From Thermodesulfovibrionia bacterium (GTDB taxonomy: Bacteria > Nitrospirota > Thermodesulfovibrionia > UBA6902): a DNA stretch of 64,000 nt. The notes under the pieces are model-generated. The model was not told where the DNA came from and did not search any database. It worked only from the letters and a program-made list of their open reading frames with translations. Both the position numbers and the translations under genes were made by a program. Where the stretch lies: the NCBI GenBank assembly GCA_947259645.1, contig CAMYND010000004.1, positions 698-64,697 of the forward strand, read 5' to 3'. Shown in pieces: positions 45,111-54,054 of the stretch (position 1 is its first letter; each line of letters begins with the position of its first letter).

Positions 45111-46528
45111 GCAGCCTCCGGTGTTGAACCTGACATATGCAGTGAGACTCTTTCCTGTATTTTTGTGTCATATTGATCGAGTCGAGACAGAAAAAGCGTA
45201 GAGTTCATATTCATCAAAGACGTAATGTACTCATCAATTACATCATCGTACTCTTCCTTGTGCAGCATATTCATAAGATCTTCCAGAACAGTTGCTGCAC
45301 TGATCTTGCCGAGCGCTATGACGGCTGATTTCCTTACATGACTATCTTCATCTGACATAACCTCCAGGAGACATTCCCGTGACACTTCACTGTCAATCTT
45401 TCCTAATGATTCTATGGATGACCTCCTGACATCTCTGTATTTGCTTTTCAGCAATTCAATGAGCAGAGGTGCAGATTCTGAACACTGCAGGTCGCCTGCC
45501 AGTTCCGCGGCGATCGATTTACTTCTGTATTTGCAGGTATCATCAGTAAGGACATTCAGGAGCTGTTCATTGCACCCAAAATTCTTAATCGATTCCTTTA
45601 TCAGGTAAATCCTGTCCTCATTATCCGGCTCTGAGGGATCGAGGGAGCCCGTGAGGTCGAGCATATCACCTATGGCCTCAGTTTCATTGAGCAGCACGAG
45701 CCCTTTTATGGCTATCATCTTATCGTCCCAGTCATCTTCAGAGAGCATTTCGCGCAAAGCCTTCGAGACGCCAGATAAAGGCGGCATACTTCCTATCTGT
45801 GCAAGGCTTTTTATGATAGTCTTTTTTTCGAACTCATTTGCTTCCGGTATATGGTCAACAAGGGGCTGAGTTACTTTTGGGGAGCAGATATTGCCCAGTG
45901 CTTCAATTGCGGCAAACCTCGTTGTCTCTGATGGGCTTTTCAATAATGAAACTATTGGATCAAGGGCACTTTCGTCTTTCAGCTCAGTGAGCGCTTCCAG
46001 TGCTGAAAAACAGACCCACTCTTCATCAATAAGCGCCCGGATCAAATGGGGAGTACCCTCTTTGTACTGGAGTCTTCCTAAGGCCTTGGCAGCGGCAGCG
46101 CGCACATTCGCGTTGGGATCGCCCGTAAGCATCTCTACCAGCTTATCCGGGTAATCGCAAAACTCTATTTCATAAATAAGATCAAGGGCAAACTTCCTTA
46201 CATCATCATCCTTGTCACTCAGGAGTACATAGAGGAGAGGGATGACAATTTGACCAAGATCTTTAAGTATGATCAACGCGGTGTTTCTCAGAAATGAATT
46301 TTCCCTGAGCAGCGGGAGAACCATGTATGCGGCAGACTCAGTACGTATCTCCATGAGTGATCTCATGGCCGCGTCCTGCACTCCGAGGTTATCATCTCTT
46401 AACGCTTTTATCAGCGGATAGACCGCGCGTTCATCGCCTTCTGCCAATCCTTCTACAGCGGAACGTCTCACAGAAGGATCTTCGTCATTCATCTGGTCCA
46501 GATACTTATGCAGTTTTTCTGTTTGCAC
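45104..46528 (-). CDS. HEAT/PBS-lyase-like repeat protein, first gene of the che operon
   Basis: 474 aa with at least 7 repeats of the type 'D.D..VR..A..ALG' (DEDPSVRRSAVEGLAE, DPNANVRAAAAKALGR, DEDSHVRKSAVIALGK...). It overlaps the cheR start by 7 nt. Confidence 0.75.
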   Translation of the reverse strand: MQTEKLHKYLDQMNDEDPSVRRSAVEGLAEGDERAVYPLIKALRDDNLGVQDAAMRSLMEIRTESAAYMVLPLLRENSFLRNTALIILKDLGQIVIPLLYVLLSDKDDDVRKFALDLIYEIEFCDYPDKLVEMLTGDPNANVRAAAAKALGRLQYKEGTPHLIRALIDEEWVCFSALEALTELKDESALDPIVSLLKSPSETTRFAAIEALGNICSPKVTQPLVDHIPEANEFEKKTIIKSLAQIGSMPPLSGVSKALREMLSEDDWDDKMIAIKGLVLLNETEAIGDMLDLTGSLDPSEPDNEDRIYLIKESIKNFGCNEQLLNVLTDDTCKYRSKSIAAELAGDLQCSESAPLLIELLKSKYRDVRRSSIESLGKIDSEVSRECLLEVMSDEDSHVRKSAVIALGKISAATVLEDLMNMLHKEEYDDVIDEYITSLMNMNSTLFLSRLDQYDTKIQERVSLHMSGSTPEAAC

Positions 46529-46631
46529 TGTTAACCTCTTTTGATACGTATGTCTATCTTCAATTCAGTCAAATTATCAGATCTCCCTCAACAAAAATTA
46601 CCAGAGAACCGGATTAAATCTCCATGCATAA

Positions 46632-46659
46632 TTATCGGAAGATTGAAGAGATTACTTGA
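46632..46659 (-). promoter_or_regulatory. Candidate sigma-28 promoter of the che operon
   Basis: The minus strand reads TCAAGTAA-N12-TCCGATAA, about 100 nt upstream of the HEAT-protein ATG. Confidence 0.35.
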
Positions 46660-46685
46660 GTGCAGGCAGTAGAGGGCCTGAAGTA

Positions 46686-48017
46686 TCAGGTTCTCATAAT
46701 GTTCAGTTCGTCATTATCGCTGTGGGTCGGAGAGTTTTGCTGCTCTGTAACGTCCTCTTCTGTCAAGACCTTGTTTCTTCCTGACCGCTTGGCCATGTAT
46801 AGTGCGCTGTCTGCTCTTTCAAATACAGTGCTGGTCGTATCTCCCTTCCTGAACAAACTGATACCTACACTGATAGTGAGAGGGATTTCCTGGTTTCTGT
46901 AGGAAAATATGGATTCGTCGATAAAAGCCCGTAAGCTTTCTCCTACTTTCTGTGCTCCATCCAGATCTGTATGAGGCAAGATGACTGCAAACTCCTCACC
47001 CCCGTATCTGAACGTGAAATCATTGATCCTGAGTCTCTCTTTTAATAGCGAGGCCAGCTTTTTCAGGGCAAGGTCTCCCACCTTGTGGCCGTTGTTGTCA
47101 TTGATTTTTTTAAAGAAATCAATGTCGCATAAAACCAGCGAAGCTGTTACATTGTATCGCGTTACATCAGCGAGGACTTCTTCAATTTTCTGGTCATATG
47201 CCCTTCGATTCTGCAAACCTGTCAGGCTGTCCTGGTACACTTCGTATTGAATCTCTTCGGATTTTCTTCGTATTTCATCGGCTTCACGCTTAATCTCCGA
47301 CATACGTTTGCTCATTTCCTCAATGGTATCTTCTGTTTTTTTCAATCGTATTGAGTCGTCCTGCTTCTTACTGTTTATGACTTTATTTATGCGGTCTATT
47401 TTATCCTTAATCGCGACCTTGATTTTGGCAAGATTTCCCGGCTTGTCAATATCAGTGCATATGGTGGTTATGTCAGACGTTAAAGTGCTCTCAAAAATCC
47501 GGTCGCTTTTATATTGCTCCTGTTGAGTTGAGAGTCCGGTTGTCATCTGAACTTCAGTTATTTCAAGGCAATCCATCGTCTGTTTCATCAGATCTTCCAG
47601 CTCTGCCTTCTGAACAGAAATATAGTCAATGTATTGTTTTATCAGTTCAATCGGGGTGTTTAACCAGTCAGTAGAGGTGACGTCAGGGATGTTTTCGTGT
47701 ATCTCTTCCCTCAGGTTGCTGAAGTTGTCCGAAATGTGGGACGGTATGAGAACAGTAAATTTATCAAGTATTTCATTTGAAATACCTTTGAGCGCTACAG
47801 GGTCTATGAAAGATTTCCCTGATTTTCCGGCAGGAAAGGCGAGCGCATTTTTTACGGATTCATTCCAGACCATTTTATCAGCTATTGTTTTGCTACTGAT
47901 TTTCTGTTTGTTTTCCCTGGAAAGTTCTTTCAAGATATTCAGTACTTCATCTGCAATAACGTAGACTTTTTCCTGAAACTCCTCATTTGCGTCAGTTAGA
48001 TCAACTTTCTGAACCAT
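46686..48017 (-). CDS. Diguanylate cyclase (GGDEF) with an uncharacterised ~270-aa helical N-terminal region, paralog 1
   Basis: 'LTGLQNRRAY', the I-site plus A-site 'RINDFTFRYGGEEF', and 'DSALYMAKRSGRN'. No TM segments. Confidence 0.85.
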   Translation of the reverse strand: MVQKVDLTDANEEFQEKVYVIADEVLNILKELSRENKQKISSKTIADKMVWNESVKNALAFPAGKSGKSFIDPVALKGISNEILDKFTVLIPSHISDNFSNLREEIHENIPDVTSTDWLNTPIELIKQYIDYISVQKAELEDLMKQTMDCLEITEVQMTTGLSTQQEQYKSDRIFESTLTSDITTICTDIDKPGNLAKIKVAIKDKIDRINKVINSKKQDDSIRLKKTEDTIEEMSKRMSEIKREADEIRRKSEEIQYEVYQDSLTGLQNRRAYDQKIEEVLADVTRYNVTASLVLCDIDFFKKINDNNGHKVGDLALKKLASLLKERLRINDFTFRYGGEEFAVILPHTDLDGAQKVGESLRAFIDESIFSYRNQEIPLTISVGISLFRKGDTTSTVFERADSALYMAKRSGRNKVLTEEDVTEQQNSPTHSDNDELNIMRT

Positions 48018-48123
48018 GTATTCCCCCCTATATTAAAAACATTCAGCTATCTACAGTTCCAGCATCTGAATCGAAACTGTTCATACTCCAAATTGTCAAA
48101 AAACCGAGTAACCCTAAGATATA

Positions 48124-48150
48124 TTATCGGACAATTCATGAATAACTTTA
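48124..48150 (-). promoter_or_regulatory. Sigma-28 (FliA)-type promoter of GGDEF paralog 1
   Basis: The minus strand reads TAAAGTTA-N11-TCCGATAA. Against the enterobacterial consensus TAAAGTTT-N11-GCCGATAA this is 7 of 8 plus 7 of 8 with exact spacing. Confidence 0.6.
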
Positions 48151-48323
48151 GCTTATCAATTCATAAGAAACGAAAATGCATGATTTGCACCATCACGGGG
48201 GAGCATATCTTTATATAAGAGAGAAGAAAGACCTGTGGAACCGTACAATGAAATTGTTTTCTTTTAGGTAAATCAGATATGCATTTCCCGGTTTCTCACA
48301 GGCGTATTACCGGGTTATTGGGG

Positions 48324-49676
48324 TCAGGTTGTAACAGACTTATTTCCGAGCACACTGCCTTCCCGGATAACATCCTGTTCAGTCCGGACTGTATTTCGAC
48401 CGGAATTTTTTGCCAGATAAAGGGCGCTGTCCGCCCTTTCCATAACAGATTCAGCAGAGTCGTCTTTTCTGAATCCGCTTATGCCTATACTGATTTTGAG
48501 TGCTATGTCCTGATTCTTATAGGAGAATTGTGCTTTATCAATGTAGAGCCGGAGAGCTTCTCCTGCTTTCTGAGCTTCACCCAGGGTGGTATGGGGGAGA
48601 ATTATGGCGAACTCTTCGCCCCCGAACCTTGAGATAAAATCATTTACTCTCAATTTTTCCTTCAGTAGTGCAGAGAGCTTTTTCAGTGCAAGGTCGCCCA
48701 CTGTGTGGCCGAATGTGTCGTTTATTTTCTTAAAGAAGTCAATGTCGCAGAACACAAGTGCTGACGGTACGCCGTACCTGTTGAGGTTGGCAATTGTTTC
48801 ATCCACTTTCTGGTCGTACGCCTTCCGGTTATAGAGGCCTGTCAGTCTGTCGCGGAGAGACTCCATTTCCAGTTCCTCGGCTTTCTTCCTTATATCGTCG
48901 GCTTCTTTTTTGATGCCATGTATCCTGCTTCCCATAGAGGCAAGTGTCTGTTCAGTTTCTTTTAAGCGATTAATATCCTGCTCTCTTTTCCTGTCAATAG
49001 CGTTGTTAATATTACCGATCTTACCGAGCACGGCTTTCTTGAGGTTCTGAAAGCCATCTGTTACAGAACCGGAGGACACAAAATTATCAGTGATCAGATT
49101 CATGTTTACAGATATGCTTTTTTCAAATTCCCTGTCTTCATTAAATTTTGTCTGATGAAGGGAAAGCTCTGCAGCGATATGTTCTTCTGTTTCTTGCAGA
49201 TACCGAACCGTCTGCTGCATGAATTCTTCAAGTTCCTTGTTTTTAAGATACAGGGCATCAAAATATATCTTGATATATTTCATCAGAGAATCCAGCCTGC
49301 TGGCCGTACTTTCGAATGAGTCCCTGTCATGGAGCTGTTTTTTGAGTTCAAGGATCTCCTCGGTCAGCATATCAGGCGCAAGGTCTGAGAATTTGTCAAG
49401 AAAAGATGATGTAATCTCTTTCAGGCGGTTCAGCTCCTTTTTTGATTCCTGATTAAGCGGGTCATCACTGCCTTGCTGACCCGGTGTTGGATCAGCCAGC
49501 ATTTTCTTTACTGTGTCACGAACTGCCATGCGTTCTGCTATTGACTTGGAATTGAGCTGTTTTTTGTTGTCATGTGACAGCTGCTTGAGAATATCCAGAA
49601 CTTCGTCTGCTATAACATATATTTTTTCTTCCAGTATGGAAGAAATCCCGTCTTTAGCTAAAGGTTTCTTATCCAT
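48324..49676 (-). CDS. Diguanylate cyclase (GGDEF), paralog 2 with the same architecture
   Basis: 'LTGLYNRKAY', 'RVNDFISRFGGEEF' and 'DSALYLAKNSGRN'. The N-terminal region is colinear with paralog 1 ('EKIYVIADEVLDILKQLS' vs 'EKVYVIADEVLNILKELS'). Confidence 0.85.
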   Translation of the reverse strand: MDKKPLAKDGISSILEEKIYVIADEVLDILKQLSHDNKKQLNSKSIAERMAVRDTVKKMLADPTPGQQGSDDPLNQESKKELNRLKEITSSFLDKFSDLAPDMLTEEILELKKQLHDRDSFESTASRLDSLMKYIKIYFDALYLKNKELEEFMQQTVRYLQETEEHIAAELSLHQTKFNEDREFEKSISVNMNLITDNFVSSGSVTDGFQNLKKAVLGKIGNINNAIDRKREQDINRLKETEQTLASMGSRIHGIKKEADDIRKKAEELEMESLRDRLTGLYNRKAYDQKVDETIANLNRYGVPSALVFCDIDFFKKINDTFGHTVGDLALKKLSALLKEKLRVNDFISRFGGEEFAIILPHTTLGEAQKAGEALRLYIDKAQFSYKNQDIALKISIGISGFRKDDSAESVMERADSALYLAKNSGRNTVRTEQDVIREGSVLGNKSVTT

Positions 49677-49754
49677 TAATATGGTTCTATCCTTTCAAAA
49701 TAGCGAATGCTCGGCAGATAGCATCTTTACCTGATATAAAACTGCCTCTTCTAT

Positions 49755-49781
49755 CTATCGGAACTCTCACACATTTCTTTA
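49755..49781 (-). promoter_or_regulatory. Candidate sigma-28 promoter of GGDEF paralog 2
   Basis: The minus strand reads TAAAGAAA-N11-TCCGATAG. Confidence 0.45.
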
Positions 49782-49904
49782 GAATCGTGCTGCGGAATAT
49801 TAGATCAGACGACCACTGTCACCATAACAACAGTATCTGCAGGGACGTCATTAAATTGACGTATTTAAAAAGTAATTAAAGGTTAATTAACAGGGAGTTA
49901 TGTC

Positions 49905-49919
49905 AGGCATGGTATTTGT
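49905..49919 (+). promoter_or_regulatory. Sigma-54-like promoter upstream of fliL
   Basis: AGGCAT-GGTAT-TTGT. The 14-nt core GGCATGGTATTTGT is identical to the flgB upstream motif. Confidence 0.35.
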
Positions 49920-50021
49920 ATATTAAAGAACGTTTTCGTTGCAGGTTAATTGTTATTCGCAAGAAAACAGAGAACGAAGAACAGCTAACTTTGAACGATT
50001 AAATAAGGGAGGAAATGAGTA

Positions 50022-50516
50022 ATGGCAGAAGAAAAAGACGAAGTTCAGGCAGATTCATCTGAACCGCTCAAAAAGAAAAGCAACAAAATGCTGCTCATAA
50101 TCATCATTGTTCTTACGGTGGTTCTTGGGGCTGGAGGATTTGTTGGCTACAAGCTGATGGCCAGTAAGGGCACGGAGGAAGAGTCAGCACACGACAAAGC
50201 GGAAAAGAAGAAACAAAGTGCTATATTTCCGCTTGATCCCTTTGTCCTCAACCTCGGTGATCATGGTCGCTACCTGAAGGTATCTATTCAGTTTGAGGTC
50301 ACTGATGAGTCCATGAATGAGTTTGTCAAGTCCAAAACCCCGATGCTGAGAGATACAATAATAACACTTGTAAGCAGCAAATCATTGAGTTCCATATCAA
50401 GTCCGGAAGGGAAATTTCAGCTGAAAGATGAAGTCCTTTTCAGGGCCAACCAGATTATGGGTCTGGAAAAGGACATTTTTAAAAACCTTTACTTTACTGA
50501 ATTTGTAATGCAATGA
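50022..50516 (+). CDS. fliL: Flagellar basal body-associated protein FliL
   Basis: Single TM segment, 'LDPFVLNLGDHGRYLKVSIQFEV' and 'FTEFVMQ'. RBS gggagg. Confidence 0.85.
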   Translation: MAEEKDEVQADSSEPLKKKSNKMLLIIIIVLTVVLGAGGFVGYKLMASKGTEEESAHDKAEKKKQSAIFPLDPFVLNLGDHGRYLKVSIQFEVTDESMNEFVKSKTPMLRDTIITLVSSKSLSSISSPEGKFQLKDEVLFRANQIMGLEKDIFKNLYFTEFVMQ

Positions 50517-51487
50517 CAGACAAGATTCTCTCACAAGATGAAGTCGATGCACTTCTTAAAGGGGTGGCATCAGGTGATATCGACACTGAAGAAGGTGAAG
50601 AGTTCAAGAATCCTGACGCAGCTGTCTACGATTTTACGAGCCAGGAGCGCATTATACCCGGTAAGATGCCCGGCCTTGAGATGGTCAATGATATTCTTTC
50701 CAGAAAGCTGAATAAGTCGATTTCCTCTTTTATCGATAAAAATGCTCAAATCGCGATCCAAAACATCGACACCATGAAATACAGCGACTTTATGCGAACG
50801 GTCCCAATGCCGTCCAGCATCAACATATTTACCCTGGAACCTCTGAAAGGATATGCCCTCCTTGTAATGGAAGCACCTCTTGTTTTTGCCTTTATCGAGT
50901 TCTTTTTCGGTGGTAATAATGTCCAGTACATAAAATCCGAGGGCAGAGAATTTACAGAGATTGAACAGCGGGTAATTCAGAAAATAGTAAACATAACTCT
51001 GAATGATTTATCCAGCTCCTGGAAGATCCTTATGCCGGTAGAACATAAGTTAGCGGGTGCAGAGATAAACCCTCAGTTTGTTACTATTGTTACCCCTGCA
51101 GACATCATATTAAAGATCGACGTAGATATTGAAATAGAGGAATTTGCCGGGAAAATGACATTTTGTATTCCCTACACAATGTTAGAGCCGATCAAGGAAA
51201 AACTTTACTCTGGCATACATGGCGACAAAGTTGTAACAGACACGAGCTGGGCAGAAACGTTAAAGTTTTCTCTCTATGAAACAAAGGTCAGCATGTCTGC
51301 TGAACTGGGAACAATGGTCCTGCCCCTGAGAGACATTATGAACTTTGAAATCGGGAATATTATTAACCTTGATAATTCAGTTACCAGCGACATGGTTGTC
51401 AAGGTTGAGGGCGAGCCAAAGTTTCGTGGTAAGCCAGGCATTAGCCGCGGTAGTCAGGCGATACAGGTGACCGGTCATATTGAGTGA
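50513..51487 (+). CDS. fliM: Flagellar motor switch protein FliM
   Basis: N-terminal CheY-P binding motif 'ILSQDEVDALL', with 'FERIIP'-like and C-terminal SpoA-like regions. Confidence 0.9.
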   Translation: MTDKILSQDEVDALLKGVASGDIDTEEGEEFKNPDAAVYDFTSQERIIPGKMPGLEMVNDILSRKLNKSISSFIDKNAQIAIQNIDTMKYSDFMRTVPMPSSINIFTLEPLKGYALLVMEAPLVFAFIEFFFGGNNVQYIKSEGREFTEIEQRVIQKIVNITLNDLSSSWKILMPVEHKLAGAEINPQFVTIVTPADIILKIDVDIEIEEFAGKMTFCIPYTMLEPIKEKLYSGIHGDKVVTDTSWAETLKFSLYETKVSMSAELGTMVLPLRDIMNFEIGNIINLDNSVTSDMVVKVEGEPKFRGKPGISRGSQAIQVTGHIE

Positions 51488-51575
51488 TACAAATTATTCT
51501 GATTGGGCCATGAATAATAGCCTGAAACATATGGAAGCAGTTTCAATTCAACATACTTTGTGAGAAAGGAGAATC

Positions 51576-51920
51576 ATGGAAGAGCAAAATACACAACAGG
51601 CAGACCCCCTTCAAAATCATGAGTTTAATGATTTGAAGGATGAGAATAGTAATGGCATGTCAAGAGACATCGATTTTCTTCTTGATATTCCGGTTGAGAT
51701 CAGTGTTCAGCTCGGCAAATCAAGGATGCTTATTAAGGAATTGCTTCAGCTCGGGCAGGGATCTGTGATAGAGCTGGAAAAGATTGCCGGTGAACCAATG
51801 GAGATATTAGCCAACCACAGGTTAATTGCACGGGGAGAAGTTGTTGTCGTGAATGAGAAGTTTGGTGTCAGACTTACTGATATTATCAGCACGAAAGAAA
51901 GGTTAAGCAGTTTAAAATGA
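51576..51920 (+). CDS. fliN: Flagellar motor switch protein FliN
   Basis: SpoA domain 'LLDIPVEISVQLGKSRMLIKELLQLGQGSVIELEKIAGEPMEILANHRLIARGEVVVVNEKFGVRL'. Confidence 0.9.
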   Translation: MEEQNTQQADPLQNHEFNDLKDENSNGMSRDIDFLLDIPVEISVQLGKSRMLIKELLQLGQGSVIELEKIAGEPMEILANHRLIARGEVVVVNEKFGVRLTDIISTKERLSSLK

Positions 51921-52228
51921 CAGGAACATATATACAGGCCGCGGCAGCCCTTGCTTTTGTTGTGATGTTGATACTAGGGGCAGGCTACTTCATGCGGAAA
52001 AAGCAGACCGGAACAGGGTTCATGAATATTATCAGTTATCAGCCCTTTGGCCCTAAAAAAGGAGTAACAGCCTTGAAGGTCGGGAAAGAGATCCTTTTGC
52101 TTGGTGTGACGCCCAATGACATACGTCTCCTGAAGACCTTTAAGGAAGATGAACTTGACCTGCCCGAAGCTGATGGCTTCCAGAGTAAACTGGAGAAATT
52201 TAAAGCAATTGGAGCCCAGAAAAATTGA
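51917..52228 (+). CDS. fliO: Flagellar biosynthesis protein FliO
   Basis: A 103-aa single-TM protein between fliN and fliP. The call rests on position and topology. Confidence 0.6.
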   Translation: MTGTYIQAAAALAFVVMLILGAGYFMRKKQTGTGFMNIISYQPFGPKKGVTALKVGKEILLLGVTPNDIRLLKTFKEDELDLPEADGFQSKLEKFKAIGAQKN

Positions 52229-52953
52229 AAACTGCTAACTCAAGAATAATTATTACATCTATCGCGGCTCTGATATTGTCTTTGACCGGACTGGCCTCTC
52301 AGGCCCATGCCCTTGATTTCAGGGAAATAGACAACCCTCTGATAGAGGTATTTCTTATTATAAGCTTCCTTTCTTTCTTACCAGCTGTATTAATAATGTT
52401 TACCTCCTTTACCAGGATTGTTGTTGTAATGGGTTTTTTGCGGCATGCATTTGGTGGGCAGAACACTCCGCCGACCATGGTTATCATGGGACTATCTCTC
52501 TTTCTCACCTTTTTTGTCATGTCACCAACAATAAACGTTATTAATGAAAAGTCAGTGACACCCTATATTCAGGAAGAACTCGGCTTTGGTGAGGCTATAG
52601 AAGAGGCGGTTTCACCATTAAAGACATTTATGCTGAAACAGACACGGCAGAAGGACATCGCGCTCTTTGTTAACCTTTCAAAAAAGAAACTGCCAGAATC
52701 CACACAGGACCTTTCAATGAGTGTGCTTGTCCCGGCATTCGCGATAAGTGAACTTAAAACAGCGTTTGAAATAGGGTTTCTGCTCTTCCTTCCTTTTCTT
52801 GTTGTGGATATGGTCGTTGCGAGTATTCTTCTGAGCATGGGAATGATGATGCTGCCGCCTGTAATGATATCTTTGCCTTTTAAGCTTCTGTTATTTGTAC
52901 TGGTAGATGGATGGAACCTTATAGTCGGATCTATGATGGGGAGTTTTCAATGA
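52225..52953 (+). CDS. fliP: Flagellar export apparatus protein FliP
   Basis: TTG start, with 'FTRIVVVMGFLRHAFG' and 'FEIGFLLFLPFLVVDMVVASILLSMGMMMLPP'. Confidence 0.9.
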   Translation: MKTANSRIIITSIAALILSLTGLASQAHALDFREIDNPLIEVFLIISFLSFLPAVLIMFTSFTRIVVVMGFLRHAFGGQNTPPTMVIMGLSLFLTFFVMSPTINVINEKSVTPYIQEELGFGEAIEEAVSPLKTFMLKQTRQKDIALFVNLSKKKLPESTQDLSMSVLVPAFAISELKTAFEIGFLLFLPFLVVDMVVASILLSMGMMMLPPVMISLPFKLLLFVLVDGWNLIVGSMMGSFQ

Positions 52954-53219
52954 CAATAGAGATGGTAAACGGGATATCAGCAGATGTATTCAGGACTGTT
53001 CTTTATGTGGCGGGACCGCCGCTTATTGTAGGGCTGGTAATAGGCCTTCTTGTCGGCTTTTTCCAGACAATAACCCAGATTCAGGAATTTACCCTGACCT
53101 TTGTACCGAAAATGGTCGGAGTATTTGCGAGCCTTTTCATTCTCATGCCCTGGATGTCTGAGAAAATTGTATCATTTACCGCAAACCTAATTAAGGGTAT
53201 ACCGACGTATATAAAGTAG
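52950..53219 (+). CDS. fliQ: Flagellar export apparatus protein FliQ
   Basis: 89 aa from the ATG that overlaps the fliP stop (ATGA). 'GPPLIVGLVIGLLVGFFQTITQIQEFTLTFVPK'. Confidence 0.9.
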   Translation: MTIEMVNGISADVFRTVLYVAGPPLIVGLVIGLLVGFFQTITQIQEFTLTFVPKMVGVFASLFILMPWMSEKIVSFTANLIKGIPTYIK

Positions 53220-53222
53220 AAA

Positions 53223-53999
53223 ATGAATGAATTTATCTTAAACAACGCGGGCGCATTCTCTCAGAATTTTACTAATTTTCTGTTCATCCTTTTGAGGGTA
53301 AGCATAATGATAAGTTTTCTGCCTGTCCTGGGAGGCAACCAGAGTCCCATGCAGTTCAGGATAGGACTGGCTGTTTTCATCTCACTTCTTTTGACGCCAG
53401 TTGTAGATTTTAAGATTGCGGAAAACCATATTCCGATGATGATAGTGAAAGAGATGTTTATGGGGATGGCTCTTGGATTAACTATCAGATTCATTTTCCT
53501 TGCAGTCAATATGGCCGGGGCATTCATCAGTCAGACTATTGGAATGTCAATTGCAACTACCTTTAATCCTGAGGTAGGGCAGTCTACTCAGATTGCTGAA
53601 ATATACGGGACATTCGCGCTTCTTTATTTTCTTGTGATGGATGCCCACCATGACCTTATCGTGGTTTTTGTCAAAAGTTTTGAACTGCTACCTGCCGGAA
53701 TGGTGAATATCAATGCACTCATTCCAAAGATACTGTCCATGGGCAGCAGTCTCTTTGTACTTGCGATGAAGCTCAGCGCGCCTATTGTTGTAGGTTCGTT
53801 AATTACGTACCTGCTGTCCGGATTTCTGTACAAGGCTGCGCCACAGCTGAACATATTTTTTATTGTCATGCCCCTCAACATATTTCTTGGATTCATTATG
53901 ATGATTCTGAGCATACCGGTATTTGAGTATGTCCTGGGTATTGAGTTCAGCAATGTAAAAAATGAAATGATACGAATAATCGCAATGGCGAAAGGTTAA
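53223..53999 (+). CDS. fliR: Flagellar export apparatus protein FliR
   Basis: A 258-aa polytopic membrane protein following fliQ, with a 'FLFILLRVSIMISFLPVLG' type N-terminus. Confidence 0.85.
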   Translation: MNEFILNNAGAFSQNFTNFLFILLRVSIMISFLPVLGGNQSPMQFRIGLAVFISLLLTPVVDFKIAENHIPMMIVKEMFMGMALGLTIRFIFLAVNMAGAFISQTIGMSIATTFNPEVGQSTQIAEIYGTFALLYFLVMDAHHDLIVVFVKSFELLPAGMVNINALIPKILSMGSSLFVLAMKLSAPIVVGSLITYLLSGFLYKAAPQLNIFFIVMPLNIFLGFIMMILSIPVFEYVLGIEFSNVKNEMIRIIAMAKG

Positions 54000-54054
54000 T
54001 GAATAACTGAAGAGGTGCCTCACAGGAGCTCCTTACATACTAAAGGTATAAAGA

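Noticed and set aside
51488-51575. TGGAAGcagttTCAA in the fliM-fliN gap as a possible sixth sigma-54 promoter.
   Set aside because: It lacks the -12 GC and fits the -24 element poorly. fliN is more simply co-transcribed with fliLM.
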